A model generated the notes under the pieces. That model worked only from the letters and a program-made list of their open reading frames with translations, had not been told where the DNA came from and did not search any database. A program made the position numbers and the translations under genes. Shown here one piece after another: positions 33,434 to 45,139 of a stretch of 64,000 nucleotides of DNA. The first letter of the stretch is position 1. Each line of letters starts with the position of its first letter. Source of the DNA: an uncultured Planctomycetaceae bacterium (GTDB taxonomy: Bacteria > Planctomycetota > Planctomycetia > Pirellulales > PALSA-1355); assembly GCA_963828155.1 (NCBI GenBank), contig CAWHDQ010000014.1, positions 225,089 through 289,088 on the forward strand, read 5' to 3'.

Positions 33434-35339
33434 AGCCCAAGCTCAAGCTCAATGCCAGCGCACTCAAGGAATTGGCGCTCCAACACGGCGAGAAGGCGGG
33501 ATTCGCCCTGGGGGTGTTGCTGCTCGTGATGTTCATCTGGTCGGCGGCCAAGACCGAGGTGCTTGGGCCGGAGAAGCAGCCTGACAAGCTGGAAGACGCC
33601 GCCACCAAGACCGACAATCACATCACCGGCGCAAAATGGGACCCGGTGGCCAAAGGCATCGAAGTGGTCGATTACGTGCAGCGGGCCAAGCGCGATCCGC
33701 TCAACGAAAAGGACTACCGCCTGAAGAATTACCTGACCAATCCGGTCTTCAACACCAAGGGCAAGCGGCCCGATCCGAAGATCTTTGCGGTCGAAGAATT
33801 GCAGGCGACCGCCGGGCTGGGAGTGTTTGCCTTCGCCCGGCCGACCGTCGAAGGCGAGCAGCCGCGCGGACCGGGGAACAAGAATCGACCGCCGATGGGT
33901 GGGCCGATGGGCCCCCCCGGCGGCCCAATCCCTGGTAGGAAGGACAAACCCAAGGGGCCGGGCGGGTCGAAGGACGCACCGGGACCCTTGGACCGGCTCG
34001 CCGGCGGTGGCAAGCCCCCAGGAGGTCCGTCGACCGGACCCGGGCGCCCCAAGCGAAATAGTGCCGAAAGCGGCATGCCCAAGGGCGTGCGGTTCTCGCG
34101 CGATGCGGAACTCCGCGGCCTGTCGTGGGTGGTGATTACCGGCGTCGTCCCGATCGCCAAGCAAGAGGTCGAGTTCGAAGACAAGTTTGGCAACGTGATC
34201 AAGCCGATGGGCGATGCCGACTCGCCGCAATACTCGGGTTACAAAATCGAGCGCACCGAAATCAAGCCGGGCGCCGCTCCGGACTGGCACGAGATCAACC
34301 TCAAGGCGAACTTGGAGAAATTCCGCAGCCGTTGGGCTGCGGAGGCGCCCGAAGTGGCCGACGCCGCCTACCTGCACCGTGGTTACACCGAGGGGTTGGC
34401 GCCGCTGGTCGGCGCCGATTGGGATCCGGCTGCGGTTGGACATCCCAAGATCCCCCTCATGCAGAAAAACGGCAGTCGCCCTCCCCGCTCAGCAACCGGT
34501 CGACGGTACGAACGACGATGAGGAAGAAGACGACGGTTTCGTCGGCGTCGGACCGCGGCCGGGGGCGGGCAATGCCGCGCCACCGACGATGATGCCCCGC
34601 CGCAAAGTTTCCAATCAGGGAGGGCCCCAGCGCCCGCAATCCAACTTCGTTTTGTTCCGCTTCACCGACACGGCGGTCGAGCCGGGCAAGCAGTACCAGT
34701 ACCGGGTCAAACTGCGGCTGGCCAATCCCAACTTCGGCGTCACCGAACGCTACCTGGTGAACCCCGAATCGGCCAAGCCCAAGGTCGTCTACTCCCCCTG
34801 GAGCGAACCGACGGCGGTGGTGACCGTCCCGCGGGATGTGGAAGTATTCGCCGGGCCGGTGGTCAAGCCGTCGTCCAAAGATCCGCTGATGCGCACCATG
34901 ATCAACCGACTCGACCGAGACCGCGGGCTCAAGCTGGTGGCCGAGCAGACGTTTCGCCGCGGCGACATCATGAGCATCCACACCACGATTCAGCCCGACG
35001 ACTCAACCGCGATCGCCACCCCAACGGCGATCGATGCCCAGCTCAATGCCGACGCGGTCGTGGTCGACATCGAGGGGGGCAAGCCGCTCAAAGGACGGAA
35101 TTCGTCGACCTCGCCCGGCGAATTGGTGCTGTTGCAGGGGGACGGCAGCCTGGTACTGCGCGACGAGTTCGAGGACGAGTCCACGTATCGCTTGCATTTC
35201 CCCGAGGAAGGCACGGAGAAAGCGAGCGATCCTCGAACCGACCCGGCGCCCGCCGAAGGAAAAAGGTTCGCGGCTCGAGAAGCTGCGCAGCGACGCGGGT
35301 CAGAAACGCAAGGGCAAAGGTGCCAAGGGGGGGCCGTGA
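33430..35339 (+). CDS. Hypothetical membrane-anchored protein in pilM operon with FnIII-like segment (frameshifts ~34480 and ~35260)
   Basis: 'HGEK' + TM; 'LFRFTDTAVEPGKQYQYRVKLRLANPN...WSEPT'. Confidence 0.65.
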
Positions 35340-35805
35340 GTTCGCGCGGCGCCGGCTTGCGGTGTCGCGGGGTGTGATCCGGCGCGGCTGGCGTGATTTC
35401 GCCCTGCCGACCGCAATTTCTCGATCGATTCGGCCGCGGGTGCCTCGACCGCCAGCGGCCGTTTTTCTTTGCCCGCTCGGGTTTTTCCGCCCCCGTGGCC
35501 GCGGCGGGAATTTTCGGCAACTGCCCTTGACCGGTTTTTTGCGGGCCGGTATTTATCCCGCCCTCTTCTTGATTCGGTTCCGAAACTTCGTTTTCCAGGC
35601 AGTTCGCAAAGCTTCCTCGCAGGTCGTTGCCGGCCGGGTCCGCTCGCGGATTTTCCGGCCGCCTCCCGGCGGGGCTTATCGCTGAGATTTCCCTACTCGC
35701 GTGACGCAGGCGGAGCGTGGCGGCGGCAACCGTGCCGGCGCCGGCGATCGTCGACGCCCCGCGAGTTCAGATCCGATATTGGTGCGAGTCTCGAATAGGA
35801 GAATC

Positions 35806-38800
35806 GTGTTGAGAATTTCGCAACTCCTACCCGCATGGGTCGCCGTTTCTCTGGCGCTGGCCGCGACGACGGCAATCGCCGGTCCGCAGTCGGTCACCAC
35901 GAGCCTCTGGCTTTCGGCCGGAGTGGTCGGGCAGACATCGGCGCCCCGGGCAACCGAGGCCGACCGCCGCGAGGTCGACAAGCTGCTCGCGCAAGCCCGG
36001 CAAGCGCTGGCCGACGGCCATTACGAGACCGCCGATTCGCTGATCTCGCGGGCCGAGGCGATGAAGGTCGAATACGGCCTGTTCCATGTCGGCGATACGC
36101 CCAAGAAGGCCCGCCGCGATCTGGACGCCGCCAAGCACCAGGGCAAGCGGACAATGCCGCCCAAGCCCGGCCAGATGGCCCGGCCCGACGGCCCGGCCGC
36201 CAAGACCGCGCCGCCGCCGGTCGGCTCGCAATTCGGCAACGTCACGCCGGCCGCCGCGGCTGCCGGAGCCGGCACGCTGGCCGATTCGGACAATCTGCCC
36301 ACGCTCGATCGCCGCGACACCGCGATGACCCGGGCCGGCCTGGCCCGGCCGAGCGACGTCAACCCGGGCGACGAGCCGGCGCTGCTCGGTGAAATGATTC
36401 TGCCCAACGACAATCCGGCGGCCGCGCTGCCGGCCACGGCTTCGCTCGACGCCCGCCGCAAGAGCGACGCGCTGCTGGTCGATGCCCGCCGCACCCTGGC
36501 GACCGGCGATGTCAAGCAGGCCACCGCCCTGGTCGAGCAGGCCAAGGCGCTCAAGGTGGGCTACGGCTTCCACGACGATTCGCCGGCCAAGGTCGAAGCC
36601 CTGATCCGCAAATACAAAGAAATGGCCGAAGCCGATGGCGGCCGGCCGACCAGCGAAGCGGCCCGCCGCCGCCGGACCGAAGTGCTGATGGAGGAATCCG
36701 AACAACTGATGCGCTGGGGCGAGTTCGACGAGGCCGAGCCGCCTGGCCAGCGACGCCGCCGGGCTGCGCGTCCCCTATGGCCCGTTCGACGCCAGTCCGA
36801 AAACCTTGCTGGAGCGGATCACCGCCGAGCGCAAACGCCGGCTGGGCAACGTCAAGGCCGAAGCGACTGCCGCGGCCCAAACTCTTGAAGCCGCCGTCGA
36901 AATGCCGCTCTTGGCCGCCGAAGTCGAAGCCCGCGACAAGGCCCTGCAGCTGACCCGGCAAGCCCGGGCCGCGCTCGCCGCCGGCCAAATCGACATGGCC
37001 GATTCGCTGGCCCGACAGGCCGAAATGTTGCACGTGCCCAATAGCGCTTTCCGTCCGCAGGACGACCGGCCGGGGCTGGTGACGCTGGAAGTCAGCAAGG
37101 CCCGGGCCCGCAACCAAGGTGTCCAACGGGCCGGCGGCTCGATCGAGGTCGGCAACCGCTACCCGGTCACGCAAACCGCCTACGACGAGCAGCACGATCC
37201 AACGCGCAACATCATTGCCGGCAACCGGCAAGTCTCGAGCACCGCCGACGACGAAGCGGCCGAGGCCGGGGACGACGCCAACGATCGCCTGCCGGGCACT
37301 CCCGACGGCGCCGTCCCGGGTCAGGTGCCGGCCGGTTCGGAAGCCATGAACCTGTTCCAGATGGGCGAGCAGGCCCTTCGGGATCGCAAGCCGGAAGTGG
37401 CCCTGCAATTGTTCCGCCAGGCGTACGCTCTGCGCAACCAGCTCAATCCCCAAACCGCCCAGCGGCTGCAGGACCACCTGCAGTTGCTGTCGGCCGGGCC
37501 CACGGCCCGGCAGGCCCCGCCCAAGGTGCTGCCCGACAGCCAGGCCTCGCGCGAGCAATTGCTCGGCAAGCAGCTTTCGGCTGAAGTCGCCCGGCAGCAG
37601 GACGCGGTCCGCAAGCTGTCGGAAAAGAACCCCAAGCAAGCGGCCGAGATCCTGGAAGGGCTGCGGGCGATGATTGAAAACTCGGACGCCACCAGCGATC
37701 TGAAGGCCGTGCTGCTGCGCCGCGTCGATGCCAGCCAGAAGGAATTCGACAAGTTCGTCGCCGAGAACGAAGGCCAGCTCGAGCTCGACGAGCAGAACCG
37801 CGAAGTGCTCGACAAGATCGAACTCCGCCGCCGCAAGCGAATCGAAACCGACACCAAACTGGCCAAGCTGGTCGATGAGTACCAGCAAATGATCGAGGAG
37901 CGCCGCTACGCCGAGGCCGAAGTGCTGGCCAAGCGGGCTGCCGAGCTCGATCCGACCAATCCGATTGCCAAGCAATTGCTCTGGAACGCCAAGTTCATCC
38001 ACCGCTCGGCGATCGTCAAGGACATCGAAAGCCGCAAGGAAGAAGGCTTCGTGGTCGCGCTCAACAACGTCGAAGAAGCGGGCGTTCCGTTCAACGACAA
38101 CCAGCCCTACCAGATGCCTGCCGCCAAGGAATGGAAAGAGTTGACCGAGAATCGGCGGAAGTATGCCGGCAACGGCAAGTCCCGCCGCAGCGAGCGCGAG
38201 CTCGATATCGAGCGGAAGCTGAAGACGCCGGTCTCGGCCAATTTCCAGGAGATGCCGCTCAACGAGGTGCTGCACCAGCTGGCCCGGCTGGCCGCAATCA
38301 ACCTGCACCTCGATCCCAAGGGCCTGACCGAAGAGGGCGTGGCCCCGGACACCCCGGTGACGCTCAACCTGGATCAGGAAATCTCGCTCAAGAGCGCGCT
38401 GAAGCTGATCCTGGAGCCCTTGCGGCTGAACTACGTGATCAAGGATGAAGTGCTCAAGGTCACCAGCGAGCAACTCCGCGACAATGAGGTCTACACCGTG
38501 CTCTACGGCGTGGGCGACCTGGTGATTCCGATCCCGAATTTCGTGCCCAACAACCGGATGGGCCTGGCCGGCTCCCTGGCCGACGCGATGTCGCAGGTTG
38601 GCCCCGGCGGCAGCCTGATGAACGTCGGCATGGGCGGACCCTCGGCCGTGCTGGCCAGCCGCGACGGCTCGGCCGGCAGCGGCATGATCAGCCCGCAGGT
38701 ACTGGCCCAGATGGGCAACATGGCCGGCGGGATGATGCCCCGGGCCGGTCAGCAGCAGAACGTGCCATTCGGCCCCGGCGGGATGGGGGGCGGTCAGCAG

Positions 38801-39964
38801 GCGGACTTCGACTCGCTGATCCAGTTGATTACCTCGACGATTCAGCCCACCTCGTGGGACGAAGTGGGCGGGCCCGGCTCGATCGCCGAGTTCCCCACGA
38901 ACTTGAGCCTGGTCATCAGCCAGACGCAGGAAGTACACGAGCAGATCGTGGACCTGCTCGAGCAGCTCCGCCGCCTGCAAGACCTGCAGGTGACGATCGA
39001 AGTCCGGTTCATCACGCTGAACGACAACTTCTTCGAGCAGATCGGCGTCGACATGCAGTTGGACCTGCCGACCAACGTAACCCAGACCGAGTTGACCAGC
39101 GCCTTGGCCAACAAGGGCTCGGTGGCGGTCGGTTTGAATCCGCCGGCGGCGGGGGCTCCGTTCCCGAACTTCACCTCGACGCTCGACATTCCGTTCAACC
39201 AGTCGAGCTTCGGTCTGGCCACGCCGCAGTTCGGCCAGCCGGTGAACGTGGCCTCCTTCGGCTTTGCGATCATCAGCGACATCGAGGCCTACTTCCTGGT
39301 CAACGCCAGCCAGGGCGACCGGCGGTCGAACGTGCTCCAGGCGCCCAAGGTTACGCTCTTCAACGGCCAGCAGGCGTTCGTCTCGGATACCACTCAGACG
39401 CCGTTCGTGATCAGCGTGATCCCGGTGGTGGGTGATTTCGCGGCGGCCAATCAGCCGGTGATCGTGGTCTTGAACGAAGGCACGTTCCTGACCGTGCAGG
39501 CCGTCATCTCGAACGATCGCCGCTTCGTCCGCCTGACCGTGGTGCCGTTCTTCAGCCAGATCGGCAACGTGCAGGAGTTCACCTTCTCGGGCTCCAGCAG
39601 CACCACCAAGCAAACCAGCAGCAGCAACAGCAGCGCTGGCGGCGATACGTCGAACAGCAGCAACGAAAACGACACGTCGAACAACAACGGCATTACGGTG
39701 CAGTTGCCATCCTTCGCCTTCGTGACCGTCACCACGACCGTGAGCGTGCCTGACGGTGGAACCGTGCTCTTGGGCGGCATCAAGCGATTGAGCGAAGGCC
39801 GGAACGAATTCGGCGTGCCGATCTTGAGCAAGATTCCCTATATCAACCGTCTGTTCAAGAACGTCGGCATCGGCCGCGAAACCCAAAGCCTGATGATGAT
39901 GGTCACGCCGCGAATCATCATCCAGGAAGAGGAAGAAGACCGCTTGGGCATCGCCCAGCCGTAG
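35806..39964 (+). CDS. Giant type II/IV secretin (GspD/PilQ family) with long helical N-terminal extension (frameshift ~36740)
   Basis: AGGAG RBS + GTG and signal peptide; N-domain 'NFQEMPL'; 'QVTIEVRF', 'APKVTLFNGQ', 'TTVSVPDGGTVLLGG', 'VPILSKIPYINRLF', 'MMVTPRII'. Confidence 0.9.
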
Positions 39965-40017
39965 GGCGGGCGAAGTGGCAGCCCAGCCGTAGGGCGGGCG
40001 AAGTGGCAGCCCAGCCG
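39953..40017 (+). repeat. 28-bp GTAG-type REP-like tandem repeat (2 copies + partial) overlapping secretin stop
   Basis: (gcccagccgtagggcgggcgaagtggca)x2 then gcccagccg. Confidence 0.85.
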
Positions 40018-40619
40018 GAAGGCGGCGGTTTAACGAGAATTCCCCCCGGGCCTCGGCAGTCGTTCGCGACTGTCGAGGCTTTTTGCATGCACAGGCGAGC
40101 CACTTTCCCAGCGAGCCGTGGGGCTTGTCCCCACGGTTTACAAGGCGGGACGCCGGTCGGACCGCGCGCGAAAAAAACGCCCGCCGCCGTATTCCCCGCA
40201 ACCCACCGCGGGGACAAGCCCCGCGGCTCGCCAGCGACAAACCGCGCTCTCTAGAGGCGCACCTCGGCACCCCGGTCACGCGGACTTTGCCCTAAACGGC
40301 CGCGGGCGCGAATTGCCAGCCCAGCCGGAAGGCGGCGGTTTAACGAGAATTCCCCCCCGGGCCTCGGCAGTCGTTCGCGACTGTCGAGGCTTTTTGCATG
40401 CACAGGCGAACCACTTTCCCAGCGAGCCGTGGGGCTTGTCCCCACGGTTTACAAGGCGGGACGCCGGTCGGACCGCGCAAAAAAACGCCCGCGGCCGTAT
40501 TCTCCGCAACCCACCGCGGGGACAAGCCCCGCGGCTCGCCAGCGACAAACCGCAGCTGTCCTGGGGCGCACCTCTGGACGGCAGACCCGCCGACTTGGCC
40601 CTAAACGGCCGCGGGCGCG
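40008..40619. repeat. ~310-bp imperfect tandem duplication, each unit holding a terminator-like hairpin and an inverted REP-like doublet
   Basis: Units ~40008-40316 and ~40317-40619; palindromes gagccgtggggcttgtccccacgg and ccgcggggacaagccccgcggctc in both. Confidence 0.9.
40050..40084 (+). terminator. Intrinsic terminator downstream of secretin (duplicated at ~40361-40395)
   Basis: gcctcggcagtcg-ttcg-cgactgtcgaggc followed by TTTTT. Confidence 0.75.
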
Positions 40620-42004
40620 GCGCGGCTCGGCGCGGGTCGGTATCGCGAATGATCTCGCTGATCCCGGTCTGGTTGAAGCCCTTGTAGCCCTGGTTCCGCT
40701 CCAGGATTTCCAGGTGCGAGCCGAGCGCTCCCTCGCGACGGAACTTTTCGGCCTGCTCGGCCGAGATCAGGCCGCTAGCCAGCAGCGCCTCGATTTTGGC
40801 CGGGGCGACCGGCCAGGCATCGGCCCGGGTGAAGGCCTGCCGCAGGAAGGGAAAATCGGTGAACGGCTTCATCGATTCGACCTCGACGCCCAGCAGCTGC
40901 TGCCGGGCCCGGTCGAAATCGAACCGGCATTCCAGATGATGCATCCCGGCTTCGAGAAACGCTTCGCCGTGCAGTCCGCACCACAGCCCGACGGTGCCCA
41001 GCCGGTCGCGCTCGGTCAGCGGCTCGTGGGCAAAATCGCCGGCAACTTCCTCGGGCGACAGGTCGACGTCGGCGAAGATCACCACGCCGCAGGCCGGTTG
41101 CTCGACCACTTGCGCGCCCCAGCCCGCCTCGCGGCCGCCGTAAAATCGCTCGCGGCACTGAAAGCCTAGCAGCTCGAAAATGCCGATCAGCCGATTGAAG
41201 TGCTTGCGGCTGGAGCGGTAGGTGTGATGGTCGTGGTTGGCCCAACCGAGGCCCAGCGCATCTTGCCTGGCCCGCTGCACTTGCCCCGCCCGGTTGCGCC
41301 GCTGCCAATACTCGCGCTCGCCGGCAAAAAACAGATCGCAGGTCCGATTCACGCCCAGCTGACTGATCGATTGCCGGATGAGTTGCCGGGCGTGATCGAA
41401 GCCCCCCTCGGCCGTGGGAAAGTGCCGGGCTCGGCGGCGAAATGCCTCGCCGTGCGCCAGCAAGGCCTGCAAGGTCTCGCCGGAGGGGGCCGCCATTTCG
41501 TGCCCCGTGTGATGGGCGGCCGGATCGCAGGTGCCGTGACGTTCGACGACCCAGAATTCGGCTTCGTGCGAGCGTGCGAGCGAAGCCTTGCGCACGTCGG
41601 CCAGCGGGGCCCCTTCGATCGCCACGTTCTCCAGCCCATGGGCGGCCAGAAAATCGACGACCGATTCCACGCGGATCGCCAGCCCGCGCTCGGCCTGATA
41701 GTACAAGTGAACGGGCGGAAAGAGCCCCTCCGGATGATGCCAGACGTCCTGATTGCCCGGGGCAGCCGGCTCGAAGCCCAGCTCGCCCAGCTTTCGCTCG
41801 TTGGCGGGCGAATGCTTGAGGCCCAGATGATCGACCCAGTCGAGCAGCCGGGTGCCGGTTTCGTCGAGCAAGCGGTTGGCCAGTCGGGCGGCCGGTTCGC
41901 AAACGGCGGTAAAATTCGGCCAGCGTGTGTTCGACAAACTGAGCGGCCTCGGGCTGCGGGGTCCAGACGAATTGCTTGAGCGGGCTGTCCGTGCGTATGG
42001 CCAT
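40601..42004 (-). CDS. Putative VOC-fold Fe(II) dioxygenase, HglS(DUF1338)/HPPD-like (frameshift ~41905; 3' end uncertain)
   Basis: GAAGGAG RBS; motifs NHDHHTYRS, GMHHLE, HLEILER..GYKGFNQTGISEIIRDT; as assembled it reads through to 40276. Confidence 0.6.
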
Positions 42005-42202
42005 GGGGTCGCTCCTTCGCCGCGGTGGGTTGCCTGGGGGTGAGCCGGCAGACGGCCGGCCGCTATAATTCTAGGGGCCCAGTGCCCGCCGGGCGACCGG
42101 ACAAGCCGGATTGTCTGCCGAACGGCTGCGGTGAAACCGATTTGCGCCTGGAACCACGGCGGGCCCGGGGCAGATTTCTCGAGCCGAAACCAAGGATCGC
42201 AT

Positions 42203-43345
42203 ATGCATCGCGTGCTGCTGTTGGGGGCCGGCAAGATCGGGCGGATGATTGCCCACTTCCTCAGTTCCGCGGGCGATTACGAGTTGCTCGTGGCCGATAG
42301 CGACCCGGCAGCGTTGGAGCGAGTCGAGCAGTTGCCCCGGGTCGAAACGGCCCGGTTCGACGTCGACGACGAGGCCGGCCTGCCGCGACTGATGTCCGGC
42401 CGGCAGGCTGTGATCTCGGCCCTCAGCTACCGCCATAACCCCATCGTGGCCCGCGAGACCCTGGCCGCGGGGGCCAGCTACTTCGACCTGACCGAAGACA
42501 TCGACACCAGCCACGAGGTGCGGGGCCTGGCCGAGCAGGCGCGGCCGGGGCAGATCTTCATGCCCCAGTGCGGGCTGGCCCCGGGCTTCGTCTCGATCGC
42601 CGCCCATTATCTGGCCGGCTGCTTCGACTCGCTCGATTCGGTCTATATGCGGGTCGGAGCGCTGCCGCTGTTTCCGACCAACGCCCTGCGCTACAACCTG
42701 ACCTGGAGCACCGACGGGCTGATCAACGAATACTGCAACTTCTGCGAGGTGATCCACGACGGCCGGCTGCTCGAGGTGCTGCCGCTCGAGGGGCTGGAGC
42801 ACTTTTCGCTCGACGGCGTCCGCTACGAGGCCTTCAACACCTCGGGCGGGCTAGGCACCCTGTGCGAGACGCTCGAAGGCCGCGTCCGGGCGCTCAACTA
42901 CAAGACGGTCCGCTACAACGGCCACCGCGAGCTGATGCAATTTCTGATCGGCGATCTGCGGCTGGGCGAGCGGCGCGAGCTGCTCAAGGAAATCCTCGAG
43001 AACGCTATCCCGATCACCCTGCAGGACGTGGTCGTGATCTTCTGCACCGTGACCGGCCAGCGCAACGGCGAGCTGGTGCAGATGAGCGACGCCCGAAAGA
43101 TTTATCAGCGCACGATCGACGGCGAAGTCTGGAGCGCGATCCAGATTACCACCGCAGCCGGCGTGTCGGCGGTGGTTGACCTGTTCTTTGCCGGCGCGTT
43201 GCCCAGCCAGGGCTTTGTGCGACAAGAGCAAGTCGACTTCCACAAATTTCTGGCCAACCGCTTCGGCCAGCATTATCACTGCTCCACGTCGCACCAGATG
43301 CCCAAGCCGCGGTTCGACGCCCGGGGAGCCGAGCATGTCGATTGA
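42203..43345 (+). CDS. Saccharopine dehydrogenase family, L-lysine 6-dehydrogenase-like
   Basis: 'LLGAGKIG', 'YFDLTED', 'CGLAPGF', 'RVGALP', 'YNLTWSTDGLINEY', 'EAFNTSGG', 'YKTVRY'. Confidence 0.85.
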   Translation: MHRVLLLGAGKIGRMIAHFLSSAGDYELLVADSDPAALERVEQLPRVETARFDVDDEAGLPRLMSGRQAVISALSYRHNPIVARETLAAGASYFDLTEDIDTSHEVRGLAEQARPGQIFMPQCGLAPGFVSIAAHYLAGCFDSLDSVYMRVGALPLFPTNALRYNLTWSTDGLINEYCNFCEVIHDGRLLEVLPLEGLEHFSLDGVRYEAFNTSGGLGTLCETLEGRVRALNYKTVRYNGHRELMQFLIGDLRLGERRELLKEILENAIPITLQDVVVIFCTVTGQRNGELVQMSDARKIYQRTIDGEVWSAIQITTAAGVSAVVDLFFAGALPSQGFVRQEQVDFHKFLANRFGQHYHCSTSHQMPKPRFDARGAEHVD

Positions 43346-44860
43346 CGCCCAGCCGCTGCTGGTGGATTTGTGCGGGCCGCTCATCACGCGCCGCATCGCG
43401 CCGGGCGCGGGCCAGAGCAAGCTCGCAGTGTACTCGCCGATCGACGGCAGCCTGCTGGCCAAGCTGGCGACCGATGGGCCGGCCGAAGCCCAGGCCGCGA
43501 TTGCCGCCGCGGCAGAAGCCTTTCGCAGCTGGCGCATCGTGCCCGGGCCAGTGCGCGGCGAGCTCGTGCGGCGGATCGGTCAGCGGCTGCGGGAACGCAA
43601 GACGGGGCTGGCCGAGCTGGTCACGCTGGAAACCGGCAAGATCACGGCCGAAGCCCTGGGCGAAGTCCAGGAGATGATCGACATCTGCGATTTCGCGGTC
43701 GGCCTGAGCCGGCAGCTTTACGGGCTGTCGATCGCCAGCGAGCGGCCGGCCCATCGGTTGATGGAGCAGTGGCATCCGCTGGGGCCCGTGGGCGTGATCT
43801 CGGCGTTCAATTTTCCGGTCGCCGTTTGGGCCTGGAACGCGATGCTGGCCCTGGTCTGCGGCGACACGCTGGTTTGGAAGCCGTCGGAAAAAACGCCTCT
43901 GACGGCCCTGGCCTGCCAGGCAATTCTCGACCAGGTGGCAGGCGAAATGAACGATGTCCCGCCGGGCCTCAGCCACGTCCTGATCGGTGGCCGCGAGCTC
44001 GGGCAGGCGCTGGCGGCTTCGCCCGACGTGCCGCTGGTCTCGGCCACCGGCTCGGTGGCGATGGGCCGGGCGGTGGCGCAGACCGTGGCGGCCCGGTTAG
44101 GTCGCTCGCTCTTGGAACTAGGCGGCAACAACGCCGTGATCGTCGCCCCTTCGGCCGATCTGGAATTGGCCGTCCGGGCGATCTTGTTTGCCGCCGCCGG
44201 CACCTGCGGCCAGCGCTGCACCACGGCCCGGCGGCTGATCGTGCATGAGAGCATCGCCGAGAAGTTGCTCGCCCGGCTGCGGGCCGTGTACGAGCGGCTG
44301 CCGATCGGCGACCCGCGCGCGGCCGGCGTGTTGGTTGGCCCGCTGATCGACGAACGTGCTTTTCGGGCGATGCAGCGGGCGCTCGAACAAGCCAAAGCGC
44401 AAGGCGGCCGTGTGTTTGGCGGTACGCGCGTCACCGCGGACGTGCCGGCCGGCGGGTTTTACGTTCGCCCGGCGATTGTCGAGATCGGTCCCGACGCCGC
44501 GATCGTGCAGGAGGAAACTTTCGCGCCGATCCTGTACGCCTTGCGCTATCGCACGCTCGACGAGGCGATCGCCTGGCAAAACGGCGTGCCGCAGGGCCTG
44601 AGCTCGGCGATCTTCACCACCGACGTCCGCGAGGCGGAGCAATTCGTCTCGCCCGCCGGCTCCGATTGCGGGATCGCCAACGTCAACCTGGGCACCAGCG
44701 GGGCCGAGATCGGCGGCGCCTTCGGCGGCGAGAAGCAAACCGGCGGCGGCCGCGAGAGCGGCAGCGATTCCTGGAAGGCCTACATCGCCGGGCCACCAAC
44801 ACGATCAATTACTCGAGCCAGTTGCCGCTGGCGCAGGGGATTCGCTTCGATGTGGAATAG
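43335..44860 (+). CDS. ALDH7/antiquitin-type aldehyde dehydrogenase (alpha-aminoadipate semialdehyde/P6C dehydrogenase; frameshift ~44785)
   Basis: 'GEVQEMIDICDFAVGLSRQLYG', 'SAFNFPVAVWAWN', 'LELGGNN', 'GQRCTT', 'SGAEIGGAFGGEK', 'LPLAQGIRF'. Confidence 0.9.
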
Positions 44861-44890
44861 GGGGCTGGGGGTTGGGGGCTGGGGACTGGA
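44861..44890 (+). repeat. G-rich heptamer-type short tandem repeat after stop codon
   Basis: ggggctgggggttgggggctggggactgg directly after ALDH TAG. Confidence 0.6.
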
Positions 44891-45139
44891 ACAGCCGGTT
44901 ATGCCAACCGCAGCCGGCCAGTCATTCCCGTTAAGCCCGTGGGCGGCGTCCCACGGGCCGGCCGCGGATCTGGCGCCGCATCCGAGAACCGATTCAACCA
45001 ATGAAGCGCTGGATTCACGCACCCGGCAGACGCTGACGCCTCACCACCGCCACGGACCGAGAGCCTGGACGCGTCCGTTTGCTGCGGCCATAATTTTGGC
45101 TTTCGTAAGCCCCGCACCCAACACTCAGGAGTGGATTCG

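Noticed and set aside
36551-40279. 1242-aa minus-strand ORF and similar long antisense ORFs (8588-10582, 11086-12909, 18489-20105, 49248-51086)
   Set aside because: Shadow ORFs of high-GC coding sequence opposite well-supported genes; no motifs
39953-40619. CRISPR array
   Set aside because: Only two copies of each unit, no unique equal-length spacers, no cas genes
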